Of a DNA stretch of 64,000 nucleotides, positions 40,548 through 48,666 are shown one piece after another (positions within the stretch are counted from its first letter, which is position 1; every line of letters starts with the position of its first letter). The stretch spans positions 11 through 64,010 of IMG/VR virus record IMGVR_UViG_3300034061_003631. The stretch is one strand, 5' to 3'. This DNA comes from a virus. Its lineage: Duplodnaviria; Caudoviricetes. A program made the position numbers and the translations under genes. Under the pieces are notes generated by a model. It was given only the letters and a program-made list of their open reading frames with translations, did no database searches and was not told where the DNA came from.

Positions 40548-41852
40548 ATGTTGTCTTATGCATTAAATGCTTGTAAAACACTTATCAATTACGGAACCAA
40601 TATACGAGGTTCTACATTTGATCCAAGCTTTTCACAGGGATTTATTTCTTCAAAACCAAATGTATCCTTAATAGGGTCTAGTTGTTTTATAGACTATACT
40701 GGCTCTTTTAATATTTCTGATTTAACTTATCTTAAAAAATTATTTAAAAACACTCCGGTTGGAACGACTTTTGCATTTTCAGATGCTTCTTATTATGATC
40801 CCAATTATGAATATACTGTAGATCCAAGTGGTGTGTTTCGTTTTGAATCTTTGACAGGCAATGATAAATTAATAGTCGGGGGTGTACAATCTGGATTTAC
40901 AAGTTTAACAAACTATAAATTTTATAATGCAAATAACTTTGTAAACGCCCCTCAATATAGTTCTGGATATAGTGGTGGTGCAACAGCGCACAATTACATA
41001 GAAAATAATTTAACAATTAATGCTGGTAAATCTTTTATAAGTCTTGGTATAATTGGAAATCAATTTGGCAAAGAAGAATACGTAGAAGTTGGTGGCTCTT
41101 CCACCAATACAGGAAAGCTAAAAATTGATTCAGTAATAAAATTAAAAGATAACCGCGAACTTGTTTATCTGACTTCTACAGCTCAAAATGAAAATTTAGC
41201 AATATCGGGGATTACTTATAACCATTATTTGCGCGGAAACGCCAACCCAGAGATTTTATCAAAAAGCCGAAGACAAATAGGTTGCTACGTTGTTTATGAT
41301 TCATTGGGCAATCAAATTAGTTGTTTTGAAAATCAAAACCAACTTCAAGCATTTTTGAGATCTCAATATGAAACTTCAACTTATACGGCTGAATGGGTTC
41401 CATCCCTATCATGTTCAAGACTTTATGATATAGGATTTAGTGCCTCTACTGCCGATAAAGCATTGCCTTACGATGCTTCGGTATTCGTTTACATAGATCA
41501 ATTTACGGCTGGAAATTACGATCCAAGTGGAAATTATAATGAATCTTATGTTTATTTGTTAAAAACAAACAATGGCGAAAATGGAGCCTTGCAAGTTACT
41601 AGTGAATTAAACTTTACAATAGATACCGGATTTAAAATCGATCTTAGTCACCCTTCATTGAAAGGATTTGCTGTAAATTATTACATAGACCCAGCAAAAT
41701 CTGTTCCAATGACAGAAAACATTTACTTGCTCGGTGTACCCGGTTTTGATCAGTCGGGCATTTTGTATACTAAAACAGAAACAAGTTCACGTTCAATTTA
41801 TATTGAACTTGTTGGTCCAACTTTATTAGGACTGCAAGTTACAATACAATAA
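40548..41852 (+). CDS. Hypothetical protein (putative virion, beta-rich)
   Basis: 434-aa ORF coupled to the previous gene. Confidence 0.6.
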   Translation: MLSYALNACKTLINYGTNIRGSTFDPSFSQGFISSKPNVSLIGSSCFIDYTGSFNISDLTYLKKLFKNTPVGTTFAFSDASYYDPNYEYTVDPSGVFRFESLTGNDKLIVGGVQSGFTSLTNYKFYNANNFVNAPQYSSGYSGGATAHNYIENNLTINAGKSFISLGIIGNQFGKEEYVEVGGSSTNTGKLKIDSVIKLKDNRELVYLTSTAQNENLAISGITYNHYLRGNANPEILSKSRRQIGCYVVYDSLGNQISCFENQNQLQAFLRSQYETSTYTAEWVPSLSCSRLYDIGFSASTADKALPYDASVFVYIDQFTAGNYDPSGNYNESYVYLLKTNNGENGALQVTSELNFTIDTGFKIDLSHPSLKGFAVNYYIDPAKSVPMTENIYLLGVPGFDQSGILYTKTETSSRSIYIELVGPTLLGLQVTIQ

Positions 41853-41881
41853 AAAAAACCCCCGCCGAAGCGAGGGTCTTT
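41851..41881. terminator. Intrinsic terminator between convergent genes
   Basis: A8-CCCCCGC-CGAA-GCGAGGG-TCTTT (imperfect stem). Confidence 0.65.
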
Positions 41882-41898
41882 CACAAACCGTCTTTTTA

Positions 41899-42135
41899 TT
41901 ATCGTGAGCGATTTCGCGCTACACGATAATAAGTACGACCATTACGAAGCTCGCGAACTACAGTGTAGTTCATATCAAAACGATCAAATGCCTCACGAAG
42001 GTCATGCATCGTTGCACGCATATTTCCAACTCGGAAACGCTTGCGAGCTTCGCATGCACTCAGAGGCGTCCCTCTGCGCATATAATCAAAAACTCTTTGA
42101 ATCTTGGTCGGACGGTCAACATTAGTAATCTCCAT
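41899..42135 (-). CDS. Small basic winged-helix/HTH-like protein
   Basis: LSACEARKRFRVGNMRATMHDLRE...RNGRTYYR; GAAAGGA RBS and TTGACA-N16-CATAAT at 42163-42190. Confidence 0.6.
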   Translation of the reverse strand: MEITNVDRPTKIQRVFDYMRRGTPLSACEARKRFRVGNMRATMHDLREAFDRFDMNYTVVRELRNGRTYYRVARNRSR

Positions 42136-42186
42136 ATGGTTCCTTTCTAAAAGAGATAGACCATTATGGCTTAATATTTTTGTATG

Positions 42187-42873
42187 TCAAATATTATTTG
42201 GTATTTTTATCAAATTGTGTGTAAATAATGTATCTGCCAAAAATTTAGATATTTCGTTATCAGATGGATAATGCAGACCTGCAACGTATCTACTATAAGC
42301 CATATCGTTACAAAATTTGTTTATTTCTAAACTTTTTTCTGGTTTAAAATTTGTTAAAACCTTATTAACTATAAATGAATCAAGTGCGTGTCCAGAAGGA
42401 TATGCGGGGTGCATAGCTTCCGATGGCACATTGAATTTAAGTTGTATTCCATAATAGGGAGCAATTTGGTATGGTCTCGCTCTATTAAAATGGTTTTTCA
42501 GTAACATTAAAATTGGATCGCTTTGATTAAAAAGTTTATGAAAAAATTGTGTTTTTAAATTTAATCCTAAAAATGTTTTGCAAAAATTGACATAACATTT
42601 TTTTTCATCAATTTCTGCATTTATTGCAAATTCAATTTCTTCTTTTGTTGCATTTGCAGTAACTCTCTCTAAAAATAAAAGTTCATTTATAGTCTGTTCA
42701 CTGGAATTTTTTGGAGGCTTCATTGCAAAAAATTGATTAATTATTCCCGTAGCAAAAAAATAACCAATAATTGGATCTGCGCAAGTTATTTTAGATTTAT
42801 CATCGTACAATAAATCGCCATAAACTATTGTGTCAATGGCATTATTTGGTGTATTATATCTATTGTCCAACAT
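42187..42873 (-). CDS. PAP2-superfamily phosphatase
   Basis: KNHFNRARP, PAYPSGHA, SRYVAGLHYPSD. Confidence 0.9.
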   Translation of the reverse strand: MLDNRYNTPNNAIDTIVYGDLLYDDKSKITCADPIIGYFFATGIINQFFAMKPPKNSSEQTINELLFLERVTANATKEEIEFAINAEIDEKKCYVNFCKTFLGLNLKTQFFHKLFNQSDPILMLLKNHFNRARPYQIAPYYGIQLKFNVPSEAMHPAYPSGHALDSFIVNKVLTNFKPEKSLEINKFCNDMAYSRYVAGLHYPSDNEISKFLADTLFTHNLIKIPNNI

Positions 42874-42916
42874 ATTAATATCTATATACTAAATATTGTT
42901 GACTGAGGAGGTTTAC

Positions 42917-43516
42917 GTGGCAAAGACCCACCATCAGTTTGTAAGATTTGTGAAACAACATCTTGCAGAATACGGCATGAAACTAATCATTGGCCGTGGA
43001 AAGCTCGTCAATACCGGACACGGTCGATGTGAAGGCTATTTCAATGAAATTGAAAAAGTAATAAAAATTGCCGGTAACAACCAATATTTTTTGCAAACTT
43101 TAGTCCACGAATACGCCCACTTTTTGCAATACATAAACCAAGTTCAGGTTTATACAAAGTCTGACAAAGCGGGATTAATTGTAGAAAATTGGTTTAACGG
43201 CAGAGAATATAACAAAAAAACCTTAAAAAGAGCCTTTTTGCTTGTTAGAGCAATGGAAAGAGACTGCGAAAAGCGTGCTTTAAAGTTGATTGATGAGTTT
43301 AATCTTAAAATTGACAAAAAACTTTATGCAAAGCGCGCAAACTGTTATATCTACACCCATTTTTTGATGGAAAAAACCAGAAAATATGGAACTTATAAGA
43401 AAAGCCCATACTTTAGCAAGTATGTTCTCAAAATTATGCCATCAAATATGGCAGTTTTGAGTCACAGATCTATTCCACCCAAAATTTACTCAATATTAGA
43501 GTCGTTTACTCTTTGA
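42917..43516 (+). CDS. Zincin-like metallopeptidase domain protein
   Basis: TLVHEYAH...MERDCE; GAGGAGG RBS before GTG at 42917. Confidence 0.7.
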   Translation: MAKTHHQFVRFVKQHLAEYGMKLIIGRGKLVNTGHGRCEGYFNEIEKVIKIAGNNQYFLQTLVHEYAHFLQYINQVQVYTKSDKAGLIVENWFNGREYNKKTLKRAFLLVRAMERDCEKRALKLIDEFNLKIDKKLYAKRANCYIYTHFLMEKTRKYGTYKKSPYFSKYVLKIMPSNMAVLSHRSIPPKIYSILESFTL

Positions 43517-43851
43517 GATTTTAAGTATTGTGGTATAAATTTGGTAAATTTTTCATTACCATAAGGCCAACGGTCATCTTTTTCCATAAAATTGTAATGA
43601 ACTAATGAGTCTATGTGCTCTTCTAGCATTTTAAGAGTCACATCATCCACATTCCATTTTATTTCTGTGTCTGTCTCTATGGAAGGTTTTTCTGCTGACC
43701 TATGTTCAGCAACAGCGAGATCGGAAATTTTTGCAATATTTCCAAGAATTTCCATGGATTTGGCGCATTGATAAAAAAGATCCTTTTTGACTGGATCTTC
43801 TTCTTTGCGAGCCAAGTTGCGAATTTCATAAACTAGCTCTGGGATTTTCAT
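43486..43851 (-). CDS. Hypothetical protein
   Basis: 121-aa ORF with GGAG RBS. Confidence 0.6.
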   Translation of the reverse strand: MKIPELVYEIRNLARKEEDPVKKDLFYQCAKSMEILGNIAKISDLAVAEHRSAEKPSIETDTEIKWNVDDVTLKMLEEHIDSLVHYNFMEKDDRWPYGNEKFTKFIPQYLKSQRVNDSNIE

Positions 43852-43860
43852 AACAACTCC

Positions 43861-44070
43861 TTATTTTTTATGAGCTTGATTAAATACAATGAAGTCTATC
43901 GGAACATCCTCTTGATTTTTATTTGCTCTTTTTTTTGCTGAAACAAATTCTCTGTCGGTCAACAGTAGCGGGGTAACTTCCCCAGTGGAATCCACGTGCG
44001 CTGCAAAATAATAACTGTAGTTTTCTGTAGGTTTTCTTTTTTTGTTTATTATTTTCTTTTTGTTTTTCAT
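43861..44070 (-). CDS. Hypothetical protein
   Basis: 69-aa ORF overlapping the upstream stop (ATGA). Confidence 0.55.
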   Translation of the reverse strand: MKNKKKIINKKRKPTENYSYYFAAHVDSTGEVTPLLLTDREFVSAKKRANKNQEDVPIDFIVFNQAHKK

Positions 44071-44429
44071 TTCAAAGTCAATAGATACTTTGTTTTTTGG
44101 ACTGTTGCCAGTATCTCATCTCTTATATTCAAAAGAGCTGTTTGATGTTCATCAATTTCTTTTGGTAAACCATTTATCAAATAATCTTCAAAAGAATCTA
44201 AAATTGTTTTAGGATCAATGTCTTCCGGTCCATTAAATTCTAATTGTTTTATATTATAAATCTCACCTCTCCCATAAACACCAATATAGGTTTCAGTAAA
44301 GGTATCTAAAAGATCATCTATGGCTTCATATGCTTTACCCAATGCTTGGTGTGCTGGATAAGATTGTGTACCCCAGTGATGGAGTCTTAATTCATTTTGA
44401 AAGTTTAATATTATTTTTATGCATGACAT
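44067..44429 (-). CDS. Ferritin/Dps-like protein (DUF5856-like)
   Basis: LHHWGTQSYPAHQALG...DTFTE...LLNIRDEI...KYLLTLK. Confidence 0.75.
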   Translation of the reverse strand: MSCIKIILNFQNELRLHHWGTQSYPAHQALGKAYEAIDDLLDTFTETYIGVYGRGEIYNIKQLEFNGPEDIDPKTILDSFEDYLINGLPKEIDEHQTALLNIRDEILATVQKTKYLLTLK

Positions 44430-44457
44430 AACAATACTATTTATGATAAATAATTAC

Positions 44458-44832
44458 ATGCGATTAAACAATAAACAATTTAAGAACGTGTTGCAAACCA
44501 TAACTTTAGTTGAAGGCAATTTTGGTCACGGTTTTGCTGATTCAAAAATTACACCAATTAGTACCAAAGCTTCGATGGACAATATTATTGGTAGGGTTTT
44601 ATCAGATCAATCAATACCGATTAAATCAGAAATTGTAAAAGCATTAGAAAATTTAATTGATTCTGTCACATCAATTCAATATCCCCCAGACACAAAAGAA
44701 TACGCAATTGAATTGGGCAGATTAATAAAAACTAATGTACCATCTCATTTACAAGGTGATGTTGTAGGATTGCTTTCAAGAAAGCTCAATAGTGATATTA
44801 GAGATGCAATTTTTAAAGGATACAGTGCATAA
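44458..44832 (+). CDS. Hypothetical late protein
   Basis: GATAAATA just before ATG 44458; MRLNNKQFKNVLQTITLVE. Confidence 0.55.
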   Translation: MRLNNKQFKNVLQTITLVEGNFGHGFADSKITPISTKASMDNIIGRVLSDQSIPIKSEIVKALENLIDSVTSIQYPPDTKEYAIELGRLIKTNVPSHLQGDVVGLLSRKLNSDIRDAIFKGYSA

Positions 44833-45011
44833 TGAAAAAATTAGAAGATACAATTCGCGAATTGCAAAAAAAATATAAAAACAAACCATCACCTTTAAGT
44901 GAAAATTATCAAAAGTTTGCTCCAAATGTAGTTCCACAGCAAAATGCAAAACCTGAAGATGCAAGGTCTTTTTTGTTGGGCGACTTTAAACCAACTTCAA
45001 AATCATGGTGA
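44832..45011 (+). CDS. Small hypothetical protein (59 aa, not in ORF track)
   Basis: TAATG overlap with the previous gene; MKKLEDTIRELQKKYKNKPSPLSENYQ...KSW. Confidence 0.5.
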   Translation: MKKLEDTIRELQKKYKNKPSPLSENYQKFAPNVVPQQNAKPEDARSFLLGDFKPTSKSW

Positions 45012-45247
45012 TTAAAACAAATAATTTAAAAGAAACTGAAATACTTTTAAAGCCTGAAAATAAAAATTTAGAAAACGAAATAAAAACTTTATTTAAAGAA
45101 ATAGAAGAAATTAAAAAAACTCCATTTCATGATGTTTTTGTTTATATACCAAAAGAATTTCCAAAAAACTATTTTTATAAATTTTTAAAAGAAATAAAAA
45201 TAAAAGAAATAAAAACAAATAAAGATAATTTTTTGATTAAAATTTAA
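45005..45247 (+). CDS. Hypothetical protein
   Basis: 80-aa ORF coupled to both neighbours. Confidence 0.5.
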   Translation: MVIKTNNLKETEILLKPENKNLENEIKTLFKEIEEIKKTPFHDVFVYIPKEFPKNYFYKFLKEIKIKEIKTNKDNFLIKI

Positions 45248-45933
45248 TGAGTGTATTCCAAAAAAATCCAAATGATGACGATGGGTTTTTAGATCCAATC
45301 AACATGGAGGAAAAATATCCTCCACTAGATCCACTATTAAATAAACCATTAAATCAACAATTAGAAACAAATTTAGTAGAAGAACTAGAAACTTCTTTTT
45401 TACAAAGCAATTTATTTGATGTTAATAAAAAAGAAGGAAAAAAAGAAGAAGATTATTTAAGTTCAGAATATAGAAAAAACAAATATAAAAATATAACCCA
45501 AAAAGATGTTGAGTTTAACAAATATCTCAGAGGAATTTATGGATCTGCCGAAAATTATTTGGAAATGAATAATTTTTTAATTGAAAATAAAATTTACGAT
45601 CCTACTAGCGACTACTTAGCAGAAGTAGAAATTATAACAAAAGACTCATTTTACAAATCTTCATTTATTTCACAGACTGAAACTGTTTTAGAATTAATAG
45701 ATGGAGTTTGCACAATAGATTATTTCCAAAAAAATGGAAGTATTGATAGATTAGTTGTGTCACTTTCTGGTGCACATGTACCACAAAATGAATTAAGAAC
45801 TCGTTTATCTGCTTTTGCTGGATTACAGGGAGAAAGAGTTTTAGTTTGGAATATTGTAAAAAAAGGTTGGTCTTCATTTTATATGTCTAACATGACAAGA
45901 TTTATTAGAGATGATACTAGTGACGTTAGATAA
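45247..45933 (+). CDS. Protein with C-terminal SH3/WYL-like (DUF2693-type) domain
   Basis: GVCTIDYFQKNGSID...VWNIVKKGWSSFYMSNM. Confidence 0.55.
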   Translation: MSVFQKNPNDDDGFLDPINMEEKYPPLDPLLNKPLNQQLETNLVEELETSFLQSNLFDVNKKEGKKEEDYLSSEYRKNKYKNITQKDVEFNKYLRGIYGSAENYLEMNNFLIENKIYDPTSDYLAEVEIITKDSFYKSSFISQTETVLELIDGVCTIDYFQKNGSIDRLVVSLSGAHVPQNELRTRLSAFAGLQGERVLVWNIVKKGWSSFYMSNMTRFIRDDTSDVR

Positions 45934-45941
45934 ATATTAAT

Positions 45942-46124
45942 GTGGAAACTCCTTCATCAAAAAAAGACCATCTTTACGCAATACTTTTTCGTGAATCTAA
46001 ATTAATAATTTCTAATTATGAAAATTATTTAAGAGATAGACTATCTTCAAAAGAATTAGCAGAAAAAATGTTGTCTTTGAGAGATGCTATTAAAAAAATA
46101 GAAGAGTTCAATAAAAATAATTGA
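45942..46124 (+). CDS. Small hypothetical protein
   Basis: 60-aa ORF after GATAAATA. Confidence 0.5.
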   Translation: METPSSKKDHLYAILFRESKLIISNYENYLRDRLSSKELAEKMLSLRDAIKKIEEFNKNN

Positions 46125-46155
46125 CTAATTCTTTTTGTGTGACATAGTTTGTACG

Positions 46156-47190
46156 ATGATTGTAAACTACGAACCAAAACTAGATTATTCTGATGTTTTG
46201 ATTGTTCCAAAAACATCAAAAGTAAAATCCAGAAAAGAAGTTAGTTTAGAAGCGACTACCACTTTTAAATGTGGCTCTTCTTGGAGCGGTGTACCCATAA
46301 TGGCTGCTAACATGTCTACTGTTGGTACGCATAATATGGCATTGGCTTTATCTGAATACAAAATGATTACTTGCCTTAAAAAAGGTGGTGATTACTATTC
46401 TAGTTTTGCAACCAGCTATCCAGAAAAAGAAAAATATGTTTCACTTACGCTGGGTTTGGACGCTGATAGTAAATTGTTTGTAGATACCGCAAATATAAAA
46501 GATCCAACATTTGTTTGTCTAGATGTAGCCAATGGTTACATGGTTGAGTTTCACAATTTTACAAAGAAAGTAAGAGAAAAATGGCCAACTTCAATTTTGA
46601 TTGTAGGGAATGTAGTAACCCCAGAGGGGGTAGAGGCATTGTCACTAGCTGGAGCAGACCTCGTAAAAGTGGGAATTGGTTCGGGGTCGATGTGTCTGAC
46701 ACGCAGAGTCGCAGGGGTGGGGTATCCACAGCTCTCTGCGGTACTAGAGTGTGCACCAATAGCCGAAGCATTAGGTATTGGGATCGTTGCTGACGGTGGT
46801 ATTATATACCCTGGTGATTTTGCTAAATCTTACATCGCTGGATCTGCATTTGTAATGGCCGGAGGAGTTTTTGCAGGTCATGATGAATGTGGTGGAGAAA
46901 TCCGCCACGGAGATCACGGTGAACTAAAAATGATTCATTATGGAATGAGCAGCAAAACAGCAAATGAAAAATATAATGGAGGTCTATCAGATTATAGAGC
47001 TTCTGAGGGCAGAACTGTTGAAGTTCCTTATAGAGGTCCTGTAAAAAATACAATCCAAGATATTTTTGGTGGTATTAGATCTGCCTGTTCTTATGTTGGA
47101 TCATTTAATTTAACTGAACTATATTCTAATGGAACTTTGGTTAAAGTAAATCGAACAATTAATACGGTATTTGAACACAACGAAATATAA
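46156..47190 (+). CDS. guaC: GMP reductase
   Basis: KLDYSDVLIVPK, CLDVANGY, KVGIGSGSMCLTR...GVGYPQLSAV, YRASEGRTV; TTGACT-N16-CATAGT promoter at 46121-46148. Confidence 0.93.
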   Translation: MIVNYEPKLDYSDVLIVPKTSKVKSRKEVSLEATTTFKCGSSWSGVPIMAANMSTVGTHNMALALSEYKMITCLKKGGDYYSSFATSYPEKEKYVSLTLGLDADSKLFVDTANIKDPTFVCLDVANGYMVEFHNFTKKVREKWPTSILIVGNVVTPEGVEALSLAGADLVKVGIGSGSMCLTRRVAGVGYPQLSAVLECAPIAEALGIGIVADGGIIYPGDFAKSYIAGSAFVMAGGVFAGHDECGGEIRHGDHGELKMIHYGMSSKTANEKYNGGLSDYRASEGRTVEVPYRGPVKNTIQDIFGGIRSACSYVGSFNLTELYSNGTLVKVNRTINTVFEHNEI

Positions 47191-47226
47191 ATATATTAAC
47201 CCCACAGGAGATAGCATCTCTTGTCC

Positions 47227-47257
47227 GACAACTCCCGAAAGGGAGTTGTTTCTTTTT
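47227..47257 (+). terminator. Intrinsic terminator
   Basis: ACAACTCCC-GAAA-GGGAGTTGT followed by TTCTTTTT. Confidence 0.85.
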
Positions 47258-47291
47258 GACAAATGCAGAACTGGGTATATAGTAGAAATCT

Positions 47292-47852
47292 ATGAACATC
47301 TTTGTACTTGACAATGACGCCGCTACGTCCGCTCGCATGATGTGTGATAAGCATGTAGTTAAAATGATTCTTGAATCCTGTCAGTTGCTTTCAACCGCAC
47401 ATCATGTGCTTGACGGGGATTCCTTGTACGTAAATACAGGTAAGCGCAAGTACAAAACTTATATTTGTACTAAGAAAAATATTTGCAAAGCAACTATGGT
47501 AAATCATCCATGTACTATATGGACGCGTGAAACAAGATCAAATTATATTTGGCTTTGGAGACATGCATATGCTTTGTGCAAAGAATATACCCGCCGATAT
47601 AATAAAGTTCATGCAATGGAACAAATGCTTATGGATGAACTTTATGATCCGCCATTGAATATTGCTAAAGGTAAAATTACACCATTTGCACAGGCGATGC
47701 CAGATCAGTATAAAGATGAAAATGCTGTGGTTGCTTATCGCAAATACTATATCAACGAGAAGGTGCGTTTTGCGAAGTGGAACTACTCTGAGGAACCTGA
47801 GTGGTTTTCAAAAAAAGTTTTTTCTCTGTCCGAAGAGTACCTTCCCTTTTAA
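47292..47852 (+). CDS. denV: Pyrimidine dimer DNA glycosylase / endonuclease V family
   Basis: MNIFVLD, CDKHVVKMILESCQLLSTAH, NHPCTIW, AQAMPD, AYRKYY. Confidence 0.85.
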   Translation: MNIFVLDNDAATSARMMCDKHVVKMILESCQLLSTAHHVLDGDSLYVNTGKRKYKTYICTKKNICKATMVNHPCTIWTRETRSNYIWLWRHAYALCKEYTRRYNKVHAMEQMLMDELYDPPLNIAKGKITPFAQAMPDQYKDENAVVAYRKYYINEKVRFAKWNYSEEPEWFSKKVFSLSEEYLPF

Positions 47853-47947
47853 AAATTTTATAAATGTCATATAAATGACATTTTTTATGTGTTTATATTT
47901 GTTATTTTGATTTGTTGGAGTATATTGTATATAACAAAAGGATTACA

Positions 47948-48271
47948 ATGAACGTAAAAGTATTTAGACTCAATTCAAATGAAGAAATTTTAGCTCGCTT
48001 TGAAGAAACTGAAACCTCTTATATTCTCAAAGATCCTGCTATTCTTGTACCAATGCAACGTGGACAAATTGGACTTATGCCTTGGTTGATGTATACTAAA
48101 GCATCCAAGGGCGTGACAATTCCAAAAACTTATGTTGCATTTATTCTAGATCCTCTAGATGAACTAAAAGAACAATATGATGCAAGTTTGAATCAAGGTA
48201 TCGTGACCCCAAGTAATAAGCTTGATCCTTCTCCTACGAACAACCCGCCTAAACTGAAGCTGACGTATTAA
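47948..48271 (+). CDS. Sm-like domain protein
   Basis: VKVFRLNSNEEILA, GLMPW, GIVTP; AAAGGA before ATG 47948. Confidence 0.7.
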   Translation: MNVKVFRLNSNEEILARFEETETSYILKDPAILVPMQRGQIGLMPWLMYTKASKGVTIPKTYVAFILDPLDELKEQYDASLNQGIVTPSNKLDPSPTNNPPKLKLTY

Positions 48272-48645
48272 TGAACATTGAGACCGTAATGCAAAATTAC
48301 ATACCCATAGCCAAGCCTCTTTCTATGGCCATGGAAAGACAAAAGAAGCACATTTCTCTTGTCATCTACAAGCGTAAAATTATTGCAATCGGTCAAAATA
48401 TATTTAAAACTCATCCAGAGAGTGTTCGTCTGGGATATCGTTGTGCTGAAATGCATTCCGAACTTGATGCATTTCGCAAGATACCAAAAAGTCTTTTGGA
48501 TAAAAAACTTATTCTTTTGAATTTTAGATTTAATAGATTTGGCAATTTTAGAAATTCAAAACCTTGTCCGGTCTGTGAAAAGTGGTGCAGTGAAACTTTT
48601 CATAAAATTTATTATACTACCGACGAGGGTCTAATTCGTCTATAA
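48271..48645 (+). CDS. Cytidine/dCMP deaminase-like zinc protein
   Basis: HSE...SKPCPVC...IYYT. Confidence 0.8.
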   Translation: MNIETVMQNYIPIAKPLSMAMERQKKHISLVIYKRKIIAIGQNIFKTHPESVRLGYRCAEMHSELDAFRKIPKSLLDKKLILLNFRFNRFGNFRNSKPCPVCEKWCSETFHKIYYTTDEGLIRL

Positions 48646-48666
48646 ATAAAGAGTGCCGAGGTTTTA

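Noticed and set aside
44438-44452. Palindrome TATTTATGATAAATA as an operator
   Set aside because: Explained by two back-to-back divergent late promoters (ATAAATA on each strand)
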